Origin: a bacterium
Lineage (GTDB): Bacteria > Sumerlaeota > Sumerlaeia > SLMS01
Length of the DNA stretch: 34,572 nt
Assembly: GCA_030431385.1 (NCBI GenBank)
Contig: JAUIJJ010000002.1
Span: 1 to 34,572, forward strand
Direction of reading: 5' to 3'
Shown here: positions 1-8,554 of the stretch, piece after piece
Position numbering within the stretch: position 1 is the stretch's first letter
Layout of the letters: the number at the start of each line of letters is the position of its first letter
Position numbers and translations under genes: made by a program
Notes under the pieces: generated by a model
Seen by the model: only the letters and a program-made list of their open reading frames with translations
Databases searched by the model: none
What the model was told of the DNA's origin: nothing

Positions 1-1
1 A

Positions 2-946
2 CTCTTCGGTGAAGACGTCGCCTACAAGGGCGGGGTTTACAATGTCACTGGTGGCCTGCAGAAGACATTCGGCGAAGGCCGCGTTTGGGATTCCCTCCTG
101 GATGAAACAATGATCCTCGGAATGGCTGGTGGAGCCGCGCATCTCGGGATGCTACCAATGCCAGAGATTCAGTACCTCGCCTATTACCACAACGCCGAAG
201 ATCAGATTCGCGGCGAGGCGTGTTCACTTCAGTTTTTCTCCAAAGCGCAATTCGCGTGTCCGATGATGGTGAGAATTCAAGGCTGGGGTTACCAAAAGGG
301 GTTCGGCGGCCATTTCCATAACGACAACTCCATTGCCGCGCTGCGGGACGTTCCCGGACTGATCATCGCAACCGCCTCGCGCGGCGACGATGCGGTCAAG
401 ATCATGCGAACACTAATGGCGCTGGGAAAAGTCAGCGGCCGCGTTTCCATCATCATCGATCCGATTGCTCTCTATATGACAAAAGACCTCCACGAAGCGA
501 AAGACGGGCTTTGGAACTTCGACTACCCACCAACTAATGAATCAATTCCTCTCGGCGAGGGTTGCATTTACCACGAGGACGCCAAAGACCTCACGATTGT
601 CAGCTTCGCTAATGGGTTATATATGTCTCTGCGAGCCGCAAAGATTCTGAAGGAGCAGCACGGGATTAACGCACGGGTCGTCGACCTGCGCTGGCTCAAT
701 CCGCTCAATGAAGAATTCATCGCGGAACAGGCATCCGCAACGGGGCGTGTTTTGGTGGTTGATGAAAGTAGAAAGACCGGTGGGCTTGGTGAGGCGATTA
801 TGGCAATCGTCTACGAACGCACGGAAAACGTGAACGCGAAGCGAATCAATGCCATCGACACCTACGTCCCGCTAGGCCCCGCAGCCAACCTCGTCCAACC
901 AACAGAAGAAGATGTTATTGATGCAGCGGTTCAACTGATGAAGTAG
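2..946 (+). CDS. 2-oxoacid (probably branched-chain) dehydrogenase E1 beta-type / transketolase C-terminal region; 5'-partial, possibly the end of a fused alpha/beta E1
   Basis: Frame is open from the window edge (LFGEDVAYKGGVYNVT...RVWDSLLDETMILG). E1-beta motifs: PEIQYLAY, GGHFH, VVDLRWLNPL, VLVVDE. Confidence 0.9.
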   Translation, partial: LFGEDVAYKGGVYNVTGGLQKTFGEGRVWDSLLDETMILGMAGGAAHLGMLPMPEIQYLAYYHNAEDQIRGEACSLQFFSKAQFACPMMVRIQGWGYQKGFGGHFHNDNSIAALRDVPGLIIATASRGDDAVKIMRTLMALGKVSGRVSIIIDPIALYMTKDLHEAKDGLWNFDYPPTNESIPLGEGCIYHEDAKDLTIVSFANGLYMSLRAAKILKEQHGINARVVDLRWLNPLNEEFIAEQASATGRVLVVDESRKTGGLGEAIMAIVYERTENVNAKRINAIDTYVPLGPAANLVQPTEEDVIDAAVQLMK

Positions 947-955
947 TTATTTTAG

Positions 956-985
956 CCACAGATGAACGAGGATGAACACAGATTT
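956..985. repeat. Triple 10-bp unit repeat CCACAGATGA-ACGAGGATGA-ACACAGATTT (ACACAGAT-type interspersed repeat)
   Basis: 10-bp periodicity seen directly just after the E1 stop codon; a related copy lies at 33667-33696. Confidence 0.65.
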
Positions 986-1122
986 ATAGCACCAAAGGGG
1001 AATTCCACTTTTTGGCAGAGTAGATGAATCAAAGGTTGCCGGGAAACCATACATAACACCAGGTGATTCACGCAGAGCCATCTGGTAGGTCTTGAACACA
1101 AAACGAAATAAATCCCTCGAAA

Positions 1123-1170
1123 AGTCCCGGCAGGGACTCAACAATCATAGCCCCGGAATTTGTTCCGGGG
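1123..1170. repeat. REP-like palindromic element, copy 1
   Basis: Hairpins AGTCCC-ggca-GGGACT (1123-1138) and CCCCGGAA-tttg-TTCCGGGG (1151-1170). 1134-1170 matches 2688-2724 at 31/37 nt. Adjacent to a RAYT fragment. Confidence 0.75.
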
Positions 1171-1211
1171 TGGGCAACGACCGGACAACCGAACCCCGGG
1201 AGAGGTGCAAC

Positions 1212-1400
1212 TTACCTTATCCCCCAGTCCCCTAAGTCCAACCGACCCGCAAGCTCGTGTTTGTTCCGCGTATCTCCGCTGGCGCAGGGGCGACTAGCGG
1301 GTGCACATGACTCCTCAATGAAGATCGGTTGACGGCGATTGCCGCGATGAGTCACATGGTGAGCTGTACATGGGATGACGACACGCGAACGGCGAGCCAT
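1212..1400 (-). pseudogene. Truncated REP-associated tyrosine transposase (RAYT / Y1 HUH, IS200-like) N-terminal remnant
   Basis: ATG at 1400 gives MARRSRVVIPCTAHHVTHRGNRRQPIF, the typical RAYT N-terminus (MARxxRxxxPGxxHHVTxRGNxRxxIF). Similarity ends after ~30 codons, before the HUH and catalytic Tyr motifs. Confidence 0.85.
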
Positions 1401-1472
1401 GGAATGTAGCTCCCTGACATTGAGTGTGTTGACTACAACTGGGATATTGAGGAGCACCAGATGAGACCACTG

Positions 1473-1516
1473 AACTATCCCCTCGCTTTCGACACGCCAC
1501 GTTCGATAGTATTTTC
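1473..1516. repeat. Inner direct repeat, left copy
   Basis: AACTATCCCCT-N13-CCACGTTCGAT-AGTATTTTC; same architecture as 2593-2638. Confidence 0.6.
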
Positions 1517-1589
1517 CCGTTCGACAGAATTGAAGCGAGGCACTCACTACATGACTTTTCGACCGAGGGAATCATAGCTGGGAGTTTGA

Positions 1590-2045
1590 ATGATGTCACT
1601 TTCTACTCTCGAGAATAGAATAGTCCCATTCGCACTGGGATTAGTAGCTGTGGTTTTCTGTATTCTCTTTGTCCCTATTCTCTTCAACACGAAAGAGCGT
1701 CGTTTGGCACTTGATAACTCTATAGTTCAGGATTGGGGCATTCAAATGCATGGCCTTGATGTTATTGATTCCAGATACTTTTCAGCTGGGGGAGTTGACA
1801 ATAGTAACAGTCTATACATAGCGTTTGTGTTTGAATGCGACGCCGCATCATATACCAAGTTCGTCGATTTCAACGGATTGCTTCCCATACAAAATCCCCG
1901 AGAGTATGTGAAGTTGTCTCTAAGCTCCGATTTGTTTGAAAGCGGAATGCAGGTAGACGAATCGTTGATGGTGAGAAACGGAACTAGAGTTTTTGTCTCG
2001 AAGGATTTTCAGAAGCGCCGTGCATACATGGAGACACACCGGTAG
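1590..2045 (+). CDS. Hypothetical protein with N-terminal membrane anchor
   Basis: 151-aa ORF, GGGAG upstream, one hydrophobic helix (IVPFALGLVAVVFCILFVPILF), AT-richer than flanking genes. Confidence 0.7.
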   Translation: MMSLSTLENRIVPFALGLVAVVFCILFVPILFNTKERRLALDNSIVQDWGIQMHGLDVIDSRYFSAGGVDNSNSLYIAFVFECDAASYTKFVDFNGLLPIQNPREYVKLSLSSDLFESGMQVDESLMVRNGTRVFVSKDFQKRRAYMETHR

Positions 2046-2100
2046 CCGAGCGATCCGTGCAGCCGCCTGTGATTCCGACATACAAGGAGGTTTTGGTTCC

Positions 2101-2538
2101 ATGAGTTCACACAGAAGAAAAGTGGCGTTTGTACTGGCGCTATCCTTCCTGCTGTTCCTGTATACAGTTGTGATGCTCTCGAAGAGCAATGATGTACAGT
2201 CGATGCAGGTGAATCCCGAAGTGATAGCCGGTTATGCACACGATCTCGGATTTTCATGCCGTTATTATTTTATCACTGAGGATATGTTGCCCAAGGCATA
2301 TTCGAACCTCACTACTCCATTCAACTATGTAGGGGGGGCCCCCCACCACGTACTCAAAAGGTTCAATAGACTTGATTTCGAGTATGTATTTAGAGAAAAC
2401 GGTGTGTTCTTCGTATATGGAGGAAAGAATGGTGAACTAGAGACGGATTTGAGCGTTGGCGACTCATTCTCTCCAAAGGGAGACGATCTAGTGTATACAA
2501 TCTGTACTATCGAGGAGCTCGAAAGAATTTATCATTAG
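2101..2538 (+). CDS. Hypothetical protein with N-terminal signal/membrane anchor
   Basis: Strong RBS AAGGAGG before ATG 2101; basic N-terminus then hydrophobic helix (HRRKVAFVLALSFLLFLYTVVML); AT-richer. Confidence 0.75.
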   Translation: MSSHRRKVAFVLALSFLLFLYTVVMLSKSNDVQSMQVNPEVIAGYAHDLGFSCRYYFITEDMLPKAYSNLTTPFNYVGGAPHHVLKRFNRLDFEYVFRENGVFFVYGGKNGELETDLSVGDSFSPKGDDLVYTICTIEELERIYH

Positions 2539-2592
2539 CAGTTCAAGACTATCTTTCTGACCTTCCCCCATTCATCCTAACTCCTTGCTTGC

Positions 2593-2638
2593 AACTGGCC
2601 CCCTCCCCAAAACGGCTCCACGTTCGATGAGAGTTTTC
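2593..2638. repeat. Inner direct repeat, right copy
   Basis: AACTGGCCCCCT-N13-CCACGTTCGAT-GAGAGTTTTC; shares the exact 11-mer and 13-nt spacing with 1473-1516. Confidence 0.6.
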
Positions 2639-2648
2639 GTACACATTC

Positions 2649-2669
2649 TCTGACCTGAAGGAGGTCAGA
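2649..2669. other. Perfect 8-bp hairpin TCTGACCT-gaagg-AGGTCAGA between convergent genes
   Basis: Inverted repeat seen directly; no U-tract, so a REP-like or protein-binding role is as likely as termination. Confidence 0.5.
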
Positions 2670-2687
2670 TAGATGAGACGGCGGAGA

Positions 2688-2724
2688 GGACTCAACATTC
2701 GTGGCTCCGGAATTTACTCCGGGG
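2688..2724. repeat. REP-like palindromic element, copy 2
   Basis: GGACTCAACATTCGTGGCTCCGGAATTTACTCCGGGG; 31/37 identical to 1134-1170, same orientation. Confidence 0.75.
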
Positions 2725-2742
2725 CGCGCATACGTCGGTGCG

Positions 2743-4095
2743 TTACTCTGCCGAGGCTTGGATGCTTTTGATCTCTTCTTCCAGATCGATGAGCGCTTTT
2801 TTGATGTCCAGATCGCTCGACTGGAGAATCGATTCGACGGTTCGACTCACGTTGCTGCGGACTGATTCCCAATACAGTACCCGCGGCTCGAAGGTTGCAT
2901 GGGGAAGGGTTGCGATGGCGTTGGCGAAGCTGATGTCGCGTTCGAGGTGCTCACTCAATAGTGGCACATCGAGGGCGCTCTGGCGCACGGGCATGTAACC
3001 TGTCGCCTGCGCCCATTGAGCGGTGATCTCCGGGCTTGTTAGAAACTTCAAAAACTCCCATGCGCCCTGCTGAACTTCCTCGGGTTGGTTGTTGTATATT
3101 GCGATATTTGTTCCCTGCATCAACGTGTGACCTTCAGTTGATTCGTTGCGGCTAGGAATCTCGTAGGCGCGCCAGATGAACTTATTACCAACTGCGCGGT
3201 CGTTGTAGGTAAATGATGCGGTCGAGCCAATATACATACCAATGCGCTCGGAGCCGAACACGCTGTTAAGGTATGCGGTTTCTACATAGCCTACTCGGGC
3301 GCCCCCCTCGTTTGTGCCACCAACGAGGTCGCGTAGAAACTCCATCGCCTCGATCGAAAGAGGTGATGTTAGCAGCGCTTCAGACGTTTCCTCGTTCATC
3401 AATTGCGAGCCCGCTGACATCAATTGAACTGTAAAGTCCTCGATATAGGGGCGTGTGGCGAACCCGTAACGCTCTGGCTTGTCCGCGCCTTCAGGAAGGA
3501 CCGTCATTTCCTCGGCGAGCTGCATGAACTCGTCCCAGGTGTGCGGCGGCTCGTCCCAGCCAAGCTCCTCCATCAACGTTTGATTCACATAGAGTACATA
3601 TACTGATTTGTTGAAGGGCAGCGTCACGATCTCGCTCTGCCCCGTCTTCAGATTCTTCATGGAGTTTTCGGCGATCATCACCGGCCAATAATCAGGGAGA
3701 ACTTTGGCGAACTCGGGATCGTTGTCGATGAAGTCCTGAACGGGCGTCAGGAAGTCGTAGCGGTAAAAGCGCGTCGACCACCCAGGATACGCCTGTGAGG
3801 CAGCCGGGTTCCGTTTCGCATAGAGCGACGCGATGAGCTTTTGGCTGAGGGAGTTGTAGTTCCCTTGGTAGATCCCCTCGACTCGATAGGTGTCCTGACT
3901 GTGGTTGAACTGATCGATGATATCCATCAGCTCCTCGCCCTGGCTCTTGCCCATGGCGTGCCAAAACTCGACGACGATCCTGCCGTCGGCGGTCTTGCCG
4001 GGCTCCGCGTTGCCTTGGGTGCAGGCGGATATCAGTGCGACACCGAGCAGCAAAAGAGTGGCGATGGCCGCGATGAGATAGCGTTGACGAAGCAT
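2743..4095 (-). CDS. ABC transporter substrate-binding lipoprotein (sugar / glycerol-3-phosphate UgpB-like, SBP_bac_1/8)
   Basis: Lipobox ISA-C; motifs VEFWHAM, LPFNKS..LYVN, PPHTWDE, GAWEFLKFLTSPE...TGYMPVR. Confidence 0.92.
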   Translation of the reverse strand: MLRQRYLIAAIATLLLLGVALISACTQGNAEPGKTADGRIVVEFWHAMGKSQGEELMDIIDQFNHSQDTYRVEGIYQGNYNSLSQKLIASLYAKRNPAASQAYPGWSTRFYRYDFLTPVQDFIDNDPEFAKVLPDYWPVMIAENSMKNLKTGQSEIVTLPFNKSVYVLYVNQTLMEELGWDEPPHTWDEFMQLAEEMTVLPEGADKPERYGFATRPYIEDFTVQLMSAGSQLMNEETSEALLTSPLSIEAMEFLRDLVGGTNEGGARVGYVETAYLNSVFGSERIGMYIGSTASFTYNDRAVGNKFIWRAYEIPSRNESTEGHTLMQGTNIAIYNNQPEEVQQGAWEFLKFLTSPEITAQWAQATGYMPVRQSALDVPLLSEHLERDISFANAIATLPHATFEPRVLYWESVRSNVSRTVESILQSSDLDIKKALIDLEEEIKSIQASAE

Positions 4096-4324
4096 GGGGA
4101 GGACCTCCCGGGCGGTATGCGGGAAGGCTACGAAAGCTCTCCCCGCCGCGCAAGTGGCGTTGTATCACCAAGCCCAAAACATGAAATCGAGGCCACCTGT
4201 TGACCATCCTCCGGGGGAAGGGGTCTCTTTTTCCTCCAACCGAATTGTGGTCGGTGACACTTACTTATCGAAGGTCCGGCGGGAGAACCTGCCGGGGAAC
4301 TTGCGGAAACGATGGCGAACACCT

Positions 4325-4921
4325 GTGAAGAGTAGCGAGCCAACGACCTTGTACGAGCGCTCCCTCGAGGGCGACACCGAGGCATTCTGGGAGTTGATCA
4401 GGCCCAGCGAACGGCTGATTTTTGCCGCCGCGCTGGGTGTGATGAAGGACCAGGAACGCGCCCAAGACGTCGTTCACGACGTTTATGTGCGTGCCTTCAC
4501 GACGCTGGGAAACCTGCGATCGCCGAGCAAGCTGAGCTGGTGGCTCTACTCCATGGGCAGAAACGTCGCCCATGAACACCTGCGCAAGCAGGGGCGCCAG
4601 GAGAAGCTCGCCACCGATCCCCGCTCCCGACCAGAAGTCATTTCCGTTCCTGAGATGATGATCCACGAGGAAGAGCTGATCATGTTGAGCGAGGCGATGG
4701 CGGACATGCCAGAGGCACACCGCGAGGTTCTCACGCTCAAGTACATGAACGGATTTTCCTGCAAGGAAATCGCCCAAACGCTGGAAATCGGTGTGGAAGC
4801 GGCAAAATCAAGGCTTTTCGAAGCGCGCAAGTTACTGCGCAAACGTATGAAGGCCGCCGGGAAACCGGCCGCCAATGCTCCCGTGGCAAGCCGCGGTGTA
4901 CAGAAAACGGGCGGCAACTAG
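4325..4921 (+). CDS. ECF RNA polymerase sigma-70 factor
   Basis: Region 2 (GDTEAFWELI...AQDVVHDVYVRAF...WLYSMGRN) and region 4 (MPEAHREVLTLKYMNGFSCKEIAQTLEIGVEAAKSRLFEAR). Start placed at GTG 4325, uncertain. Confidence 0.93.
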   Translation: MKSSEPTTLYERSLEGDTEAFWELIRPSERLIFAAALGVMKDQERAQDVVHDVYVRAFTTLGNLRSPSKLSWWLYSMGRNVAHEHLRKQGRQEKLATDPRSRPEVISVPEMMIHEEELIMLSEAMADMPEAHREVLTLKYMNGFSCKEIAQTLEIGVEAAKSRLFEARKLLRKRMKAAGKPAANAPVASRGVQKTGGN

Positions 4922-4939
4922 CCGCCAGGGGTGCTTCAC

Positions 4940-7531
4940 ATGAGCATCGAACAGATGGAAGAAAAGATTCTCGACTACCTCGAGGGCGACCTCGCTCACG
5001 AGGAAGAACAGGCTCTCCTCGCCGAGATCGAGGCGAACGCGGAGTATGGTGCCCTGCTGGAAGAGTACCGCCAGCAAGACCGCCAGCTCGAAACGTGGTT
5101 CCGCGCCTCGCTTGGTGAGATGGAGAAAAAGGCGCGCCGACCAGACCTGAGTGGTCTCCCCGGCGTGATCATGCCTGTCCGCCGGTCGCGCACTGAACGG
5201 CGGAAGATGGCGTGGACGCTGAGCGCTGTCGCTGCCGTCCTCCTCGTCGTCGTCACGACGATCCCCTTCGTCCTGAACAAAGACAAGGGCCAGCAGCTTG
5301 GCGCCGTGCTCTCATTCGAGGGCCGCCCGCAGACGCTGGTGGAAGGTCACGTCGTCGACCTCTCCAACGACTTTACATTTCAGAAAGCTGTCAACCGGCT
5401 GAAGACTCCTGCGGACAGCTGGATTTCCGTCGCGCTGCCTGATGATGGTAGCCGATTCGAGATGAACGCAAACTCCTCGGTCACGCTGAAGCCACAGAGC
5501 GCGCTGCCGGATCTGGAGCTGGATCGCGGCGAGGTGCTCGTGAGCGCCAAGTCCGGCAATGTCAAGGTTGTAACCCCACAGATCGAAGTCGCCGGCTCCG
5601 ATTCTGTCTTTAGCGTCGTGCGCGGCTTGCGCGGCTCTGAGGTCGGTGTCCTTTCCGGCTCGGTGGAGCTGCTCCACGAGGGCACGCGTCGGCAACTTGC
5701 GGCTGGCGAGACCTTCAGCAGCCTCGGCTCGCGCCCGGAACCGATCATTCGCCGCGTGGCCTGGAGCCCCAATCGGGACCAGTGGATCGCCGCCATTCCC
5801 CAGCAGCTCACGCCGACGAACACGTCTGCGACGGATACCGCGACGCCGGCGGGTGCGCCTGTTCCCGTGAAGATTATCCCCGCTGAAGTGACCGCATCCG
5901 AAGCAGTCTCGCAGCCGACCGTGATCTCGAACTTCAGCAAGGACGTCGCGTTCGGCACGAAGCTGCTCCCTGCGGATGTTTTCTCGGTCGTAGAGATTCG
6001 CAGCATCGAGGAACTTCTCGCGCCGCTTGGAGCCAGCAACTTTGCGGAGCTCGTCACCCGTGAGAACATTCATAAGGTGATGGAGTCGGTGATCCAATCG
6101 GCGGACGTGCCCAAGGAGCAGATCGAGACTGTGGCGTGGCGGATCGAAAACGTTCTCCTCTCGCCAGATATCCGAACTTTGCTCGAATCGCTCAACGCTT
6201 CGTTCTCCTTCGGCATCACCGAGCACGGCCCGGTCATGGTCGCAGACCTCGGGCAGCGCGCGCCGGACGTCGCAGAGATCGTTAACTACCGCCTGCAGCC
6301 GATTCTGACCGCTTTCCTCGACGAGGACATGCGCCCCTGGGTCGCCGTCGAAAACGGCTTCCTGCTGCTTGCCAGAGGCCGCAGCGATTTTGAGGAGATG
6401 TCCTCTGCGGCGAAGAGCGCCAGAGCTGGTGGCTTTGGCAAGTCCGAGTTCCTCGGTGAAATCCGAGACTCCATCGCAGGCAGCCCGTTCTATGTCGTCC
6501 TCAATATCGAGAAAATGCGAGACACGTTGACGGAGAAGGTCGCCGGCGAACGCGGTCGCGCAGAAGTCAACACGGGCCTCAAGCGCCTCGGCCTGGCCAA
6601 CATGAAGGGGCTCGTCGCATCGACTGGTCTGGGGGATCAGGCCAGCAACCAGGCGCTGCGCCTTTTCTTCGAGGACGAGCGCGAGGGGCTCATGAGTTGG
6701 ATCGCCGAGCCGGGGCCGCTGGCCTCCCTCGACCTCTTCTCACCCGACGCGCACCTCGTGACGGCAATGAAAGTCCGCCGCCCGGCGGAGGTGCTTCAAG
6801 AAGTCCTCGGTTGGATCAACTCCAGCAGCAGCAAGGTCGCCGTTCCCCATACCGCACGGCAGATCGACCTGTTCCGGAACCTCAGCAAGACGCTCGGAAA
6901 CGAAATCGCGGTCGGGCTTGAGAACCCGCTCCTTCCGATCCCTAATGTGAAAGTGGCGATTGAAGTTCTGGACCCCGACGGCTTCCACGACGGAATGCTG
7001 GCGCTGCTCGACGAGATCTGGCTGTCCGGCTCCCCGGCGGCGAGAGTGACCGCCGACACCGAAGAATATCGCGGCCACCTGATCGTCGATTTCCAGTACC
7101 CCGGCGTCCCGTTTGGGCTGAGCTACGCCATCGTGAACGACTTCGTGGTGATCGGGCCGGGTAGGGCCTTCGTCAAGAATACGATCGATATCGCGATCGG
7201 TGGCCGATCGCTTTCGACGCAGCACGCGTTTCAAGAAAGCCTGCCCGCGAGGAGCGGCTCCCACGTTTCCTGGCTGACGTACCTCTCCGTCGACCAGGAC
7301 GTGGCTCAGGCCATCGAAACCCTCAACAGCATGCTTCCGTCGGAAACGCCGATGAACTTCACGCAGCTCAAAAACATGGGCGGAGGGAAGGCGACGGTCG
7401 CCTATGCCATTGCCCACGAGAAAACCATCGACTTCTTTGTTGAGGGCGTTCGGGTTGGTGACTTCGAAATGACCACCGCGATTCCGGTGGTGGCCAATTG
7501 GCTGCAACAGAAGCCCGGCGCTTTCCAGTAA
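4940..7531 (+). CDS. Membrane anti-sigma factor: N-terminal anti-sigma domain, TM helix, FecR-like domain, and a large C-terminal (DUF3352-like) domain
   Basis: ILDYLEGDL..EE N-terminus, TM (AWTLSAVAAVLLVVVTTIPFVL), FecR-like beta region (LPDDGSRFEMNANS, LELDRGEV, VVTPQIEV, EVGVLSGSVEL), P/T/A linker, then ~530 aa alpha/beta domain. Directly follows the ECF sigma. Confidence 0.8.
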   Translation: MSIEQMEEKILDYLEGDLAHEEEQALLAEIEANAEYGALLEEYRQQDRQLETWFRASLGEMEKKARRPDLSGLPGVIMPVRRSRTERRKMAWTLSAVAAVLLVVVTTIPFVLNKDKGQQLGAVLSFEGRPQTLVEGHVVDLSNDFTFQKAVNRLKTPADSWISVALPDDGSRFEMNANSSVTLKPQSALPDLELDRGEVLVSAKSGNVKVVTPQIEVAGSDSVFSVVRGLRGSEVGVLSGSVELLHEGTRRQLAAGETFSSLGSRPEPIIRRVAWSPNRDQWIAAIPQQLTPTNTSATDTATPAGAPVPVKIIPAEVTASEAVSQPTVISNFSKDVAFGTKLLPADVFSVVEIRSIEELLAPLGASNFAELVTRENIHKVMESVIQSADVPKEQIETVAWRIENVLLSPDIRTLLESLNASFSFGITEHGPVMVADLGQRAPDVAEIVNYRLQPILTAFLDEDMRPWVAVENGFLLLARGRSDFEEMSSAAKSARAGGFGKSEFLGEIRDSIAGSPFYVVLNIEKMRDTLTEKVAGERGRAEVNTGLKRLGLANMKGLVASTGLGDQASNQALRLFFEDEREGLMSWIAEPGPLASLDLFSPDAHLVTAMKVRRPAEVLQEVLGWINSSSSKVAVPHTARQIDLFRNLSKTLGNEIAVGLENPLLPIPNVKVAIEVLDPDGFHDGMLALLDEIWLSGSPAARVTADTEEYRGHLIVDFQYPGVPFGLSYAIVNDFVVIGPGRAFVKNTIDIAIGGRSLSTQHAFQESLPARSGSHVSWLTYLSVDQDVAQAIETLNSMLPSETPMNFTQLKNMGGGKATVAYAIAHEKTIDFFVEGVRVGDFEMTTAIPVVANWLQQKPGAFQ

Positions 7532-7536
7532 GTAGC

Positions 7537-7576
7537 AAAAAAACATCGGCCGGGCTTGAATTCGTTGGCCCGGCCG
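7537..7576 (-). terminator. Intrinsic terminator-like hairpin, oriented on the minus strand
   Basis: 9-bp stem CGGCCGGGC/GCCCGGCCG (7547-7576) preceded on + by an A7 tract, i.e. a U-tract on the minus strand. Confidence 0.5.
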
Positions 7577-7615
7577 CTGTACTACTCCCAAAATCCTGAG
7601 ACGAAAGTACGGGAA

Positions 7616-8554
7616 ATGTTTATCGAACTCGACAAGCTGACCGTGAATTACGGCAAGCGACGGGTGCTCAACCAGATGGACGCGCAGATCGCGGGGCGCT
7701 CGGTCGGGTTGCTAGGTCCGAACGGGGCTGGCAAGTCAACGCTGATCAAGACCCTGCTCGGCTTCATCAAACCCGTCGGCGGGACCGCGCGGGTCCTCGG
7801 TCACGATGTCCGGTCCGAGGCAATGCGCATCCGACAGATCATCGGCTACATGCCGGAGCACGCGAGCTACATCGCCGGCTTGAGCGCAGTGCGGCTGCTG
7901 AGGTATCTCGGCGAGTTGGCCGGTCTCGATTCCACCGCCGCAATGGAGCGCGCCCACGAGGTGCTCTTCTACGTCGGCATGGGCGAGCTGCGCTACCGCC
8001 CCGTCGAAACGCTTTCACTCGGTAATCAGCAGCGCGTCAAACTCGCTCAGGCGCTCGTTCACGGCCCCAAGATTCTCATCCTCGACGAGCCAACCAACGC
8101 CCTCGACCCCGACGGGCGAAACGAGATGCTGCAACTCGTGCGCGACATTGGCCGAATCTCCGGCAGCCACGTCATCATGTGTTCGCACATTCTTCACGAC
8201 GTGGAGTTCTGCTGCGAATCCGTGGCAGTCATTAACAAGGGACGCATCGTTCTAACCGGCGAGATCGCAGAGCTGCGCCGCGAGGACTTGCGCGTTTACG
8301 ACCTCGAGATCATCGGAAACTCCGAGCGCTTTCTCGGGGCGGTCGCCTCTATGGGCTGGACCTGCAACGCGAACGATCGCGGAGGAATCCGCATCGAGAT
8401 GCCAGAAGACGGCGACACGCGATCTATCTTCAAACTCGCTCGTGAGTTGAACGTACAGCTTCGCCACCTTCACTATAAGAAGGATTCGCTAGAGGACATC
8501 TTCGTGAATGCGTTGGCGGAGTCGGAAAGGACGGCCCCCTATGCCGGTGCATGA
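7616..8554 (+). CDS. ABC transporter ATP-binding protein (ABC-2 type)
   Basis: Walker A GPNGAGKST, signature LSLGNQQ, Walker B ILDEP, H-loop SHILHDVE. Confidence 0.95.
   Translation: MFIELDKLTVNYGKRRVLNQMDAQIAGRSVGLLGPNGAGKSTLIKTLLGFIKPVGGTARVLGHDVRSEAMRIRQIIGYMPEHASYIAGLSAVRLLRYLGELAGLDSTAAMERAHEVLFYVGMGELRYRPVETLSLGNQQRVKLAQALVHGPKILILDEPTNALDPDGRNEMLQLVRDIGRISGSHVIMCSHILHDVEFCCESVAVINKGRIVLTGEIAELRREDLRVYDLEIIGNSERFLGAVASMGWTCNANDRGGIRIEMPEDGDTRSIFKLARELNVQLRHLHYKKDSLEDIFVNALAESERTAPYAGA

Noticed and set aside
947-1144. 65-aa minus-strand ORF ending in SVFILVHLW
   Set aside because: Its ends are translations of the REP hairpin and the CAGAT repeat; no RBS or protein-like features.
1497-2628. 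Integron attC interpretation of the repeats around the orphan genes
   Set aside because: GTTCGAT does not fit GTTRRRY, no RYYYAAC-to-GTTRRRY palindrome follows each gene, and there is no integrase in the window.
4094-4324. Long N-terminal extension of the ECF sigma in the ORF track; similar extensions at 1993, 10206, 15418, 24792 and 31352
   Set aside because: They overlap neighbouring genes or promoter regions, look non-protein-like, and better downstream starts match the domain boundaries.
7578-7612. CTGAGACGAAAG resembling a hammerhead ribozyme core
   Set aside because: No CUGANGA followed by stem II before GAAA; the required three-stem junction cannot be formed.
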